From contig OZ176051.1 in NCBI GenBank assembly GCA_964247055.1, forward strand, positions 5,208,001 to 5,272,000: DNA of 64,000 nt, given 5' to 3'. The DNA comes from Paragordius varius. Taxonomy: Eukaryota; Animalia; Nematomorpha. The number at the start of each line of letters is the position of its first letter. Within the stretch, counting starts at the first letter, position 1. Both the position numbers and the translations under genes were made by a program. The notes under the pieces were generated by a model. It was given only the letters and a program-made list of their open reading frames with translations. It was not told the DNA's origin and made no database searches. Below, one piece after another: positions 14,101 through 27,000 of the stretch.

Positions 14101-15357
14101 CTGTGTCTTTACCTTAGTGACTGATGTGTCAACATATGAGCAAAGTTTATGGACCTATATATCATGTAAAACGCAAAGATTATAATTTTTTATATACAAA
14201 AATATTTTTTTTGAAAAACTTAAAAAACAAGAAACATTACCAAATTGATCCAAAACAGGAAAAATATCACAAAAGGTTTAAGTGTCATGGAATACACAGG
14301 TTTAAATCCTTCCCATACCTAATTAAAAGTGTAATATTATAGTGTGAATGAATTAGAAAGTTTTCAACTAAAAAATTTTTAAGCAATGATTTAATTTATT
14401 AAAATTATATTTAATCGTAATGTAAAATTTGCAAAATTTATCATAAAATAATAATGTAATATGGAGTAGAATACCTTTTCCGTAGGTTCAAACAGTAAGG
14501 GAATTCGGTTCTCCAACACATCGATCTGTTGCATCGCCATATCATTCAACTTTATTGCTAACATTAAGAACAAGAATATACATAAGAACTAAGCCGTTTT
14601 TTTTGTGGTGAAAAACTTAGGTAAATACAGACACCACATTTATTGATTTAAGATCAAATTACAAAAGACAACAAAAATGAGGTATATATACATATTAATT
14701 CATCTTATTCATATAGTAAAAAGGTATGTTTTTGCCTAGAGATTTTTGAAATTTACAAGATATCGTGACCACATTATTACAGTAAAAAAAGTTTTTAAAT
14801 GAGCACTATCATACGCCAATATGTATTTTTATGGGTATAATGAATATATGTATGTTCTCATGTAAGAAATTTCACTTTATTAGTGAGTTATTCGATATTG
14901 CACAATTTTCAAAAACAAAAAACAATAAAAACGATAAATGCCATTTTTAATACAGTTATAGCCTATTATAAAAACTCGTTACTCTGTAACATAATATCTT
15001 ACCAATTTTTCCAGCCACCTTGTGTTTGGACAACATATATTTGTTGTTTCCAGTAGTAGAGTTATCTTCTTCGAGAAACAAACGGCTAGCAAGGGGAACT
15101 ACAATTTTTCCAGCCATAAGCTGAGTAAGTTGTTCCACTTTATTCAGGGGGGAACCCGCTAAAATCGGATATGTCTGTTTAAGTGACACGTAATTTTTGA
15201 ATGCCATTTTCATCCCATCATGTATGATGGGTACATGAGCTAAACGATCACTTACTAAGCCATATTTCGCAACTTTGGTGTTTGCTAGTTTTTTAGGCGA
15301 TGAAGTTGACGAAGGAGGTATTGAGGATGAGATAGGGTTAGTTGAGCTCCTTAACAT
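8174..15357 (-). CDS. PLIN: Perilipin (PAT/LSD) family lipid-droplet protein, ~785 aa, 7 exons
   Basis: Exons 15357-15003, 14557-14475, 14154-13738, 11291-11177, 10348-10179, 9489-8427 and 8328-8174 are all GT-AG, phase-consistent and total 2358 nt. The N-terminus DRLAHVPIIHDGMKMAFKNYVSLKQTYP...LNDMAMQQIDVLENRIPLLFEPTEKV aligns by eye with the PAT domain (SRVASLPLVSS...YASTKESHP...[22 protein letters not shown]). The conserved VDHYLP motif is in exon 3. Confidence 0.85.
10411..10530 (-). mobile_element. Helitron 3'-end fragment in perilipin intron 4
   Basis: Plus strand reads a|CTAGttagggcctgtcaagcgttgctgtgac, similar to the terminus at 11341. On the minus strand this is a GC-rich stem followed by CTAG|T. 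The inner boundary is approximate. Confidence 0.5.
11341..13648 (-). mobile_element. Non-autonomous Helitron, apparently chimeric, filling perilipin intron 3
   Basis: 3' end: imperfect hairpin plus CTAG|T at 11341. ~11720-13648 is colinear with the 52.7-61.3 kb family and ends in ccggaaacagatcataaagccaccattttccatttttaatatata, a degenerate 5' terminus. Confidence 0.75.
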
Positions 15358-15888
15358 TTATTCCAATTTTTTTTGCAGATAATTATTTTAAAATTTGTGT
15401 AAATTAGAGCTGTATGTATATGCACACAAAATAGATTATGGTAAAGGTGTGAGAGAAGATTCAATATCCACAGCTTGCAGGACTTTGCTTATAATTTTTG
15501 TCAATTCTAATATATTATAACAAATATTATTGTTGATAAAACATGAAACTATAAAAAGTTTATAATTTTAAAATTTATGCAATATATGACATTTCACAAG
15601 CACAGTGCGGAGCCCAGCGCATCGTGATCATTTAGAGAATTTGTGATGCTTTTAAGGCCCTCTTTAGACAAGTAAATATATATTCAACATTATTGCTAAT
15701 CAGAAATTAGAATTTACTGTAATTGTTTCCTTTTGTTAAATTTAACATATCACATTTTTAAAATTTTTTTACTGTGTGTCAACCTATGGTTTATTTTGAA
15801 TAGACTATAGACCGATTCTCTCTAAGCAATTTTTCTATACACATATTATCAATTAATCATTTGCGTCTATATTTAAGAAATTAAAATA

Positions 15889-16042
15889 CAGTAGCGTATG
15901 GCATAAAACAATATAAGTCCATAAAAGAATATCCCCAAAAACAAAGGGATATTATGAATAATGTATATACAACTAGGCTTGTTTTTTAAAAAAACATTTT
16001 TTCTTTTTATGGACTATTAATGTTTTATGCCATACGCTACTG
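15889..16042. mobile_element. MITE with TA flanks and TIR CAGTAGCGTATGGCATAAAACA (Tc1/mariner-pogo type)
   Basis: Perfect 22-bp terminal inverted repeat, further subterminal inverted similarity (aagtccataaaaga/tctttttatggact), and TA on both sides. Confidence 0.85.
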
Positions 16043-16816
16043 TATTACCAAAATTTACTAAGTTTTATATTAGACATGATGGATGAATCATGAAATTAAA
16101 ATCGTAATAAATAAAAAATCAAAGGATGTAAAATTTTACATATAAAGCCAAATATGAGTAAATATATAAGTTCCTTGTGTTAAAAGAATTAATATAAGAA
16201 AATTAGCATATTAGGAAAAAGATTAATTAAGCAATGCGCAAAGGCCAAAAGAGGCGCAAAAACTACTCATAAATCAAAAAAGTTTATTTTTTAATATCTT
16301 TATCAGCATACATACATATTGAATTTTTAGTAAAGTTTTGATAAGATCAATTCAAGGGATTTTTTTTCTCAATACTACTCACCACATAAATTGTTTGCGC
16401 AAAAAAAATCATTCAATAATAAAAAAAATGTTAAATGTAGCTTTTTAGGGGGAAATTCAAACCGCGGCCCTAAAAGTGCTTTTTTATAGCCCTCTGTCTA
16501 TATTTGTTAAAATTTAATTTTGAGTTTAAATATCTACAAATGTGTCAAACAGCTATGAAATTTTTATCAATATTAGATAAGCATGGCACTTGAGACAAGA
16601 TGAAATATTTTGCGTGCCTTTGAATTTTTTAGTGAGTACCACTGATGATATTGGGGCGCCTTTTAACACCCAAAAAGGGGTTTTAGATTTTGGTTAGAAT
16701 TAAGTTTATAAAAAATTTAGACAGAATTATTTATAAAAGAGCGTATGTTATATATGGCTGCAATAGGCACATATTTCATTCATGTAGCCGCTTTTTACTG
16801 ATTAGGCAGCATTTTA

Positions 16817-16933
16817 CAGTTGCGTATGGTATAACAAAAGTTAATCCAAAATTAAATAGGAAAATTACTGCTAAAGTATGGGAGATGAAAAGTTTAATTT
16901 CAATCATTCGTTGTTTCTTACCATACGCTACTG
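16817..16933. mobile_element. MITE with TA flanks and TIR CAGT(T/A)GCGTATGGTA
   Basis: ta|cagttgcgtatggtataacaa ... ttgtttcttaccatacgctactg|ta. Confidence 0.75.
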
Positions 16934-17250
16934 TATCATAATCGCACATCTTTTTCAAGTGTTTATACTTATCAAGACAAAATTAGGCTTTGGCCTTTGA
17001 CTTTACAATATGTGTATGATGCATAAATGTTTGTGTTTTAAAAATATGGTTATACTAAGGATAAAACATATGCGGTTGAACATACACATCCCATTTTGTG
17101 TGTGTGATAAGAAAAATTGATAAGGAATTATTAAACATACGCGATTTATGAATAAAAAATTTTCTTTAGTTTTTACAAAAATAGGCATTTGATTATGTGT
17201 TGTTTAGGAGTATGATATGATATGGTATGGTTGATAAAATATGAATTATA

Positions 17251-17412
17251 CAGTAGCGTATGCAGTAAAAGATTGTTAGTGCAAAATAATCTTAATGAAC
17301 ACAAAACAGGGGGACAATTTTCATATATTAAAGTCCTATTTATAAACATATCCATAATATCCCCCTTTTAAGATTATTTTGCACTAACAATCTTTTACTG
17401 CATACGACACTG
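17251..17412. mobile_element. MITE with TA flanks and ~44-bp TIR CAGTAGCGTATGCAGTAAAAGATTGTTAGTGCAAAATAATCTTA
   Basis: Near-perfect long inverted repeats (mismatches only near the right tip) and TA on both sides. Confidence 0.85.
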
Positions 17413-18699
17413 TATATGATGCAAAAAGGTAGATGATTGCAAAATTAATTATCTGTGTATACCAGATGACGGTAATTTTGATATTAAAAAGTTCATTTTA
17501 AAAAAATATAAATTTTTCAAATTCGACAATCGAACTAAAATACATTTGAAATACGGTTTTATGTTCAATAGTTATAAGTTTATCCAAAAGTATTTTAAAA
17601 AGCCAAAAAAATTCTACAAGACGACACCACGGATGTTGCCAAATCACAAAATTTTAATATGTCCAAAATTTGCAATCCTGGTTTATTAACATTGAAAACG
17701 GAACACGAGGAATTAAATTATACACTTGTATAAAATTTAAATTTCATCTGTTTTAGTATAAATAAGTATTGGTATAGTTGTACCTTATGCAAATTTATAA
17801 AAGTTGTGTAAAGGTAAGGTGTAATTTTTTTGAACGGTAAGGTATGTCGTTCAATCATATTTGTTCAAATTATGAATCAATTGCCAAATAATAAATATTT
17901 AATAAAGAAATAAAAAAATATAATTTCCTTACTTGTGTTTATTAGTTAAAAAGAAAAGATTTTGCAATCAAAATTTTTATTGTCAAAGCTTACATAGATG
18001 AGATTAAAATGTCATAAATTTTTTATTTTCGTATTATAGAAAAAAATAATTTACCTTAAGTTTTCAATCTTGCTTAAAATAATTATTATTATCAAAAATA
18101 ATTAAATAAAAATTATACCAATTGAAGCCTGATGCAAATTGATTTAAATTTCAGGTGGAAAAATGTAGGGATGCATTTCAAATGACAATACATATGCGTT
18201 TCATTAGTTAACTTCAAAAGAGATATTATTGACTATAATTTATAAAGTTGTATGACGCTTGCTAATATTGCCATAATTTAAATCCTTAAGATCATAACAA
18301 TAAAATGAAAACCTATTTTATAGTCCCAATCCACATATGTGGGGGCAGAAAATAACCAGATAAAATTCATAATAAATTTCAGAAAATAATGCAGAATTCT
18401 TATACTGCTAATAACAAAAAGTTCAATAAATTTCACTCGAATCGAAATTAAAAAATGCCAAAAAACATTATTTTAAAGCTAAAACAACAAAAATAATATA
18501 TAATATTAATAAAGAAAATTATTAAAGTATATTGAATTTTCATATATATGAACCAAAAATTTTAATTTTTGGATCCCTCAATATTTTCAATTTACATTAA
18601 ACAAGATGCGGTAGTAATTAATATTTTAACATACATCAAAAGAAAATTTTTTGATAAATGTATACTCTAAAATTAATACGCAGTATACAAAATCGTGGG

Positions 18700-19440
18700 T
18701 CATGAAAAAATATGATGATGTTAGGAAATTGTATCAAGAACCTCATGATGATTTTAATTTTGGGGATTTCAAGTGTTTTAAAAACGTTATATACTACTTT
18801 TGTGGCAAGTGCCCCATATCAGCAAATGGCAATATTTGCGCACCTTTAAATAAATTGAAAGCTAAATTTTTGTTAAAAAACGCACATTTGGTTTAACATA
18901 ATTTTAAAGATAAACAAATGTTTTAATCGAAATTCTGAGGTGATAGAAATTTTTAGCATCATCAAATTGTATAGAAAAAGTGTTATTATAATGTCTTGAT
19001 GCGTTCTTATGCCGTTTCCACAATGCCGCAAAATAGTATATAGTACGCTTGAACAAAATATCGCGAAAATTTAGTAGATATCAAAATTTAGCATAAATTT
19101 AAAATTATCGCGCAGGCACTTTTTGCGTTTTATAAAACTAGCCCATTTTAGAAGATCCTAATTGGGACTTTCGGGGCCCACATAATTTTTTTTAATTGTT
19201 CTGCTTTTTACAGAAGTTTATGATAGGTTTTTTTGATATTTTTTGGAATGAAGCATTTAATTTTCACCAAAAAAATTTTATTTTGAAAAATGTGCTAATA
19301 TTTTTCCATCTGATATGGAACACTTACCAGAAAAGTGTGAATAATTTTCTTACTCTAGTAAACCCCAAAACCAAAGCACCATGATATTCCGGATGCATTT
19401 TTCTATATGAATATATATTTCATCATGATATTTTTGTGTG
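18700..19440. mobile_element. Degenerate foldback-type non-autonomous element (same family as 48465-49520)
   Basis: Shares aaaatttagcata(a/t)atttaaaattatcgcg...aactagcccatt and aacc(a)aaagcaccat with the 49.2-49.5 kb segment. Boundaries are approximate. Confidence 0.55.
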
Positions 19441-19443
19441 CAC

Positions 19444-19482
<39 letters not shown>

Positions 19483-19665
19483 ACCTCATTTTGATTTAAA
19501 TATTTTGCCCTTCAACATCGAGTTAAATGTAGTTTATATTATTTAATAAAATTACCCAATGAAGATTACAAATCCTTTATAATATATTGAAATGATAGAA
19601 ATAATCAGCAACAGTAGTATTTTTTACCGTTCTTGAGGTGTTTTACACCGCTACTACAATATATA

Positions 19666-19883
19666 AAGTCATGTATCCTTTATTTTATCAAAAATTTATT
19701 TTCTTTCGAATGATTATAAATATTTGGTAAAGAATGGAACAATATGGTATTAAAAATATCATATTCATCAAAAAAGTATAAGAATCACCATAAAGCTCTT
19801 GTTTTTTCCATTCTTTACCAAATATTTATATCCATTTAACGAAAAAAAAATTTTTTTTTGATAAGATAAAGGATACATGACTG
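19666..19883. mobile_element. MITE with TA flanks and TIR (C/A)AGTCATGTATCCTTTAT (pogo/Tigger-like terminus)
   Basis: Long imperfect inverted arms, including ataaatatttggtaaagaatggaa / ttccattctttaccaaatatttat. Confidence 0.8.
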
Positions 19884-21559
19884 TAATACATTTTAATTGT
19901 AAATTTTAATCAAAGTGTAAAACTAAAATATACTTTTTATGTAAATATCCAAATTATTTGAATTTATTATAGCGCAATCGGACTTTTTACCTTTAATTTG
20001 GGAAAACTAGCGTATGTGCAACTATTCAAGCCCACTAGGAACAATACTAATATTTTGGGTTGTTTTTAAATTTAGTCTCAAGTAGGTGGCTATAAACTTG
20101 ATGGCTATAAAAACTATCTTGATTATATATATATATATATATATATATAAATGTATCAGCTTCGAAAATCAATACTCTTTCTGTAGTGACTGCTCCTTAA
20201 TAAAATCGCAAATTCGCGCACATTTTGCTTATTATTTTTGGTCAAAGCTAAATCCATTCTGAAAAATGAAATTGCAGTGCGTTGAAAATCAAGGGTAATA
20301 AAAAATATCCTCATAAAATATTTATTTTCTAAGAGATAATTGTGTCAGGATTCCCAAAATGTTTTTTGTGGTGTTATTACGAGTATTAAAAAATCGCAAA
20401 ACTTGAGCACAATATGTTAATTATTTTTTTGTCGAAAAAATACTTTATTCCAAAAATTATCACTTATATCATAAACTATAAATAAAAAGCAGAACATTAT
20501 ATCAAAAATAAATTTTCAAATTGGTTTTCGAAAGTCTCTTTTCACGTCTAAAACGGAAAGTTTTAAATAGGCAAATTTCCGAAAGTGAGCTATAAGGATT
20601 TTAAATATATACTTAATTTTGAGATCAAAATGCGTAAATAATTAATTTATAAGAAGTTTTGGTTAACCATAATTTATAGTATTTTGAAGCATGGTGCAAA
20701 CGGTATAAAAACTATTTAAGATATAATAACAAACACTTTTTCTATATAAACATCTTTTATGGTGTTTGGTGATTGATATTCTCTTTACCTTAAATCTTAT
20801 TGGAATGATTGAATTGATGTTAAAGGATCAAGTTAAGTAATCCAAATGGAGAATGTATGGGACAAAAAGGCAGCCAAAACAGGCACAATCATTGTTGTGG
20901 ATTGCCAGAGTTTCGGGGGTAGTTAATGGATGTTTTATATAAATCTAGAATTAAGGTCATGAGACATATTTTTTACATTTGATGAACTTATAATTCCAGC
21001 AATTTGAATGGCCGAATTATCTAAAATTCAAAATGAGTGAGATATAAACCTTTTTATTGTTTTGAAAATGAATCATATACCGTAAATAAGATAAATTAAA
21101 TCTTGTTTAAACGATGTTTGCAAAGTTCGTTATAATACTTTATTGAAATACTAACCTAAAAAATAGATAATGTAACCATTATTTTAGTTTTATCATTAAA
21201 TGAATTCGTTAAATGGTTTATAACACCATCGAAATCCAAAAATATGTTATGCCTGATAAAATAACATCGGTATTTAATTAATCTATAATTAAATTAAATA
21301 CCCTCCCAAGAATGTATTAAATTTTAATAGTATGTTCATAATGTCTAAAAAAATCATTTAGTGGATGCAGTTACTGACATACGAATCTATAACTGCTGTA
21401 AGCCACGTTATTTTTATATAGTGGCGTATTTAGGGGGTAATGCCCTTAATAGGCACTAATATCCGCATAAATTGCTTTATTCTTAATTTTAATTAGTACC
21501 ATTGTTGAAAGATCTGATATGTTTTAAGAAAAAAGCTTGAAAGTCAATGTTTTATAGAA

Positions 21560-22600
21560 AACTTCACTTTTAGAGGTCGGGGTTGAGCAGAGGAAAAATT
21601 AGGGTGTCACCTGCAGCGCATTCATACGAATAAAATATTTATAATTTTAACTTCCCTTTTACTTGCAAATTGCCTTAAAGCCAATATTTCTGTGAAAAAA
21701 AGTCTGAAATGAGGGGCTAAGCTTTCGGTGCTACTGTGAAACAATATCAAAAAATGTAATTTAAACTGAATGTTTTCTTATTTGGAACCGTCTTTTATAG
21801 CGCAAAACTGTTTAACAAAACCATTTTCACAGGGGTGAGGCAGAACTGAGGCAACCAAATCAAAAAAGCGGTATGTCACCGTCTATACATTCATAAAACC
21901 TATAAAAAAATAACTATAGAAACGAATTAGGATCATAAGTTTTTCGAGATCATTAAACAATATTTGTTTAAAAACTCATTTTTTAGACGGGTGGGGCTGG
22001 AATGGGGGGCTAATATAATAAAAATGGCCTAATCACCCTCGCCACATTGGTAAGTAAATTAAAAATTACCACTTATAGTCCCCTCCACGTTTCCCAAAAA
22101 ATTGCTTCAACACCATATCAATGCGTCTATTTTCACACTAAATGGGTCTTAATTCAGGGTCTAATTCAAAAAAGGGCTTAGTCATCGGCTCAATAATAAG
22201 AAAAATAAATAATATCAATGAAACTGAGTGTGCCCATACGTTTTTCGTAATCGTGTTTCAAAGCCAACAATTCTTCCAAAGATCCCATATTTTCATAGTG
22301 TGAAGCTAAACTGAGGGGATGATTTTAAAAAACGGTTTAGTCACTCTCGGCTCATTTGTAAAAAATTATGAAAAAGACACAAACTGAATAAGCCCACACG
22401 TTTTCTGGGAACGTCTGTCAAACTTAAAATTTTAAGCATTTTTATTTTTTTAAAAAAAACGATTTTTACAGGGGTCGGACAAAACTGAAGGCCTAATTTA
22501 AAAAGGGCTTAGTCAATGTCGGCATATTTATGAATGTTTGAATATTTACTTTGGAATCAATATACGTTTTCCCCAAACCTTTACTCAAAACCCACGCATC
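21560..22600 (+). repeat. Degenerate tandem array, about six units spaced roughly 150-250 bp, related to the Helitron-family subrepeat
   Basis: Recurring tttt(ac)a(c)ggggt..gg..gaact(g)..ggc.taatt.aaaaaagggc motif at ~21570, 21825, 21980, 22130, 22290 and 22465. It resembles tttttacacggggtgggcccgaactgggggcctaattcaaaaaaagag at 58265. Confidence 0.6.
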
Positions 22601-24024
22601 TTATTTTCATAAATATATAGATAAGGTCAAATGTCTTTTGTCGAATGAATAGATTTTAACATTAAAAAAATTGATAAACTATTCAAAACCCAAATCAAAA
22701 TTATTTTTGGACAGATATTTATTAATGCGTTTCCACTCATCCTATACGCTTTTTATAACATCAAAAAATTTTGTTTGATAATTACTACGTCTTTTTACAC
22801 AAAGCTAAACAACAATAAAATTTTATTAATTTTTCATTGTTGTAACTGAATTTTAATATTTAATGTTAATGTTTATCTATCATTAATAAGTTTTTGGTTA
22901 GTGACAAAATATTATCATTTACAAGACCTTTTCATTCATTAAAGAAGGGATGGAGGTAAAATTATTTAAAGCGTAAAAAATTTAAATTATTTCTGTAAAT
23001 TATCAATTCGCGGAATTAGCAAACAAGTGCGTTAAATTAGGTGTGAGTCCGCCTCTTACGTGTTGAAACAGTTTCAGCAGTAGTTTTTTAAACAACCCAT
23101 CTCAAATATTTCTTAACATTAAATCTGATTCCAAGTTTTATCTACGACGGTTTCAAAACTGTTTTCTATGATCACAATCAAAATAATTTTATTTGATTCA
23201 GAAATAGGTTGTCTTTATATCTACCAATTTAAATCAAATGAATGCTATGGATTATCCTAAACTATAGCAAATGATTAAGAAAATATATAATTTTAAGTCT
23301 CTTTTTTAACTTTTAATGAATAGTAAGAACCTAAATTTAGGACCAATGAAAACTTTGACACTAGCCTGCCCAGGGTGGACAGTTATGATGGGTAAATCGC
23401 ACAGTTTCAGGTTTTCCTCTGACACACCATACACACAGTGTAAGATTCCGGTGTATTATACCATATCGCCTTCATAACAAATAAATTAACAACGAGAATA
23501 CCGATGTGGGAAATGTTATAATTTTAGCGATTATAAAGTTTTGATTTTATTAAAATATGGTTTAACCCCCTCATTATAAACACATTATACAATTTTACAT
23601 ATGTGAATGTGGCTTTTCAGCTTTGTTGTGTATATCAATAAATAAAATTATTTCGCTTTTAGTAAATGGTTCTAAATCCTAAGAAATTTAGTCTATATTT
23701 AGGATCTAGATAAACTTTAAAATTACATATACAAGAGAAACCTTTAAAGTGGGTTTATGTCAGTTCTGGTTCTTCGTATTTAAGGATGTTACATAACAAA
23801 TTTTTTAAAAATCTATGGTCAATCGCTCTAAATTTACCCATTCCGATCCCAAACTGCGGATATCTAAAATGTTAAAAACATTTAGCGCTAATAACCAATC
23901 AAGTTAAAAACTATAAAATATTCTCTGCAAATTATTTTTCAAAACTATTAGATCGAATAGTATCATTCGTTAAATTTTTTCTATTGATATAAATCTATAG
24001 TGATCCTTTGCTATTTATATATAG

Positions 24025-27000
24025 AAACGTTTAAAACATTCTGTGGCCGCAGAGGAGGAAACTGCTTACGTCAATTGGATCAATAAATTGCTAAAAGATG
24101 ATGCCGACCTCAAAACTTTACTCCCAATGGAGGTTGGCAAATTTTTTCCAAAACTTAAGGATGGAATCATACTTTGCAAATTGGTTAATAGTGTTCAACC
24201 CAACACGATTGATGAAAGAACGCTGAATAAACGTGATGATGGCAAGGAACTAAACATTTTTAAGAAAACGGAAAATTTAAACTTAGCTGTCAATTCGGCA
24301 CGGGCTATTGGTGTCAATACAACCAACATTCATACGGAAGATATCTTAAAGGAGCGACCACATCTCATACTAAGTTTTTTGAGACAGATCATCATTTTGG
24401 GTCTCTTTGCCAAATTAGATTTAAAATCTCATCCTGGATTACAGGTTACAACATTTAATTATAAAATATGCAATTTTTAAGGTTAAATAATTTATGGATA
24501 GTGTTTGTAAAGTATAATGGCCAAAAGAGAGATATAAGATAGTTTTATGATTGTATAACAAAAATAAATTGCGATTATCATAACAGGTTTTGCTTAAGCC
24601 AAACGAAGAGCTTTCCGATTTCATTAAACTACCACCCGAAAAGATTTTACTTAGATGGGTCAATTATCAACTCGGGCTGGCGAAGTTTAAAAGGAAAATG
24701 AAAAATTTTACCAAAGATGTAAAAGATAGTGAAATTTTTTGTCAACTAATTAAACGTATTGCCCCACATGATATACCAATCGATATCGATACAGTTATCA
24801 AGGAGCAAAATATGGTCAAACGGGCTGACCTTATGTTGGAACAAGCGGATAAGTTAGGGTGTCGTGATTTCATAACTAGTCGGGATGTGAGTGCAGGAAA
24901 TTACAAACTTTGCCTAGCCTTTGTGGCCAATTTGTTTAATAATCATCCAGCTTTGCCGGTTGATATCTTAGAGCCACCCGAAGAAAAGATTGAAGAAACA
25001 CGGGAGGAAAAAACTTTAAGGAATTGGGTAAATTCAATGGGTGTACAACCACGTATTAAATATTTGTATCCCGATGTGCAAGATGGTATAGTTTTGTGCC
25101 AATTGCTGGATAAAATGCAACCCAAAAGTGTCGATTGGACCAAAATCAAGAAGACGTTTAAAAAGGGGTCAGCTGCAATAGAAAAGCGCGACAATTGTAC
25201 ACAAGTTGTTGAAGTGGCAAAAAATATGGGCGTATCTCTGGTATAAATATCAATATTTTTTTGAGGCGTAGGGCTGATGCACAAGGCGTCATAGTTGAAG
25301 GGGCGCCGGATTTTAAAAAATAATTTTATATAAAAAAATAAGGTATTTAAAAGTTATTATTTTAAATTACATAAAAAATCACTATTGTTATGAGTGGTCA
25401 TGACTACGGTTTGAATTGAATTATTTTTAATGCAAGAGGTCGCATGGGGGGGGGGGGGGGGGGCGTTATCACGGATTCATGCACCGTGCGTCAGAAATGC
25501 GTGCTGCGCCTCAGATTTTGTATTATAATTCCTTTTAAAATAAATTTTAAATTAATTAATTTTACTTAAAATCTTAACCTAATTGCTAAAATAGGTTGGC
25601 GTGGGTGGTGCCGACATATATCAAATGAAAAAAAATCCGATTCTTTCACTATTGTACCAATTGTTGCATAAACAAACCATTAGTATACTGATGAAATTAA
25701 AACCGGACGGTAAAGTCCAAGATAAGGATATTATTCAATGGGCCAATGCTCGATTAAAAGCGGGTGATAAAAAACGAACGCTGAAAAATTTTCAGGATCC
25801 TATTTTATCGGATGGGATATTGCTACTGGATTTGATTGAATGTATTAGACCAGGGCGTGTCAGCTGGAGGTTAATGTTTTACTCAAAAAAATTAAAATGA
25901 GGGTAATTAAAAATATGCGAGAAATTTGTATACAAAACATAAATACAGTAAAAGGGTTTTTGTGAAAAACACAACGCCGTTTTACAAATGATCATGTTTC
26001 CGAATTACGATACATCATTAACTTTAATTTGGATTTAAACAAAAAAAAAACATCAATTTTAAGTTTAAACATTTGTTACAAGACAAAAAAATAAAAAATT
26101 TATGCATAAACTCCAATATGATATGCAAAAAACAGTAAAATGATCAAATAAGAAAAATGTTTCGTGATAACAAATGGGCTAAATCCCAATGTTTATAGTT
26201 TATTAAAATATATTTATTTGTATTACAGTTTGGTTAAAGGGTGCACAAGTGATGGAAGTTTAGATTCAAACATTACTGACGAAGATAGACTCAGCAATGT
26301 CGGGTACCTTATATCTCTTGCTAGGAAGTTAGGAGCCGTTATTATAGCTTTACCAGAAGATGTTTTAGAGGTAACTCTAAGCAATGTGTATAAATACCAC
26401 GATCTATTTTTAAACATCGTGATTTATATTTAATTATATTTTATATTGGTTCGATATAAAATTTATTAAAAAGGTTTTTTAAATAAAGTTACAAAAAGTT
26501 AGAGTATAATATATATCTTAAAAAGCATTGTATATATAAAATTTTATAGCTTAAATTAATAAAACGGTAGAATTAATTTTTTTTAGATTACATGTGCTTT
26601 TTATATAAATTAATTTAGTTGAAACCCAAAATGGTTATGACAATATTTGCTTCTCTTATGACGCTTGATGTCAGTGCTGAATCGGCTCCAGCTCCCAAAG
26701 ATGAAGACGCTGAGGCCGCTGCGCCTGCCGGTAATTTTGATTTTTTTACATTTTTAATTTTTTTTATATTTAACCTGCAAATCATGAACTATTTAAGTTT
26801 AATAATATTAATTTTTATTTTAATCATTGAAATTTTACAAATTAACACTTTAACATTCGCCTCTTTGCATAATGGTAATAATATATCTTTGGAAAATCAA
26901 ATAATTTCTTCATATGTGAACTACGGCCAACTATTTGATTATCTTAACCGAAAATATTATTTTTGTAAAACTTTGTTTCATAGAACCCGCACGAAAATCA

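Noticed and set aside
18145-18215. ttcag|VEKCRDAFQM, resembling the first helix of the plastin EF-hand
   Set aside because: No EF-loop follows, there is a stop within 20 codons, and there is no convincing in-phase donor.
18651-19384. Short ORFs 18651..18896 and 19196..19384 (also 48715..49264)
   Set aside because: They lie inside degenerate foldback elements, have F/K/I/N-biased composition typical of AT-rich non-coding DNA, and show no transposase motifs.
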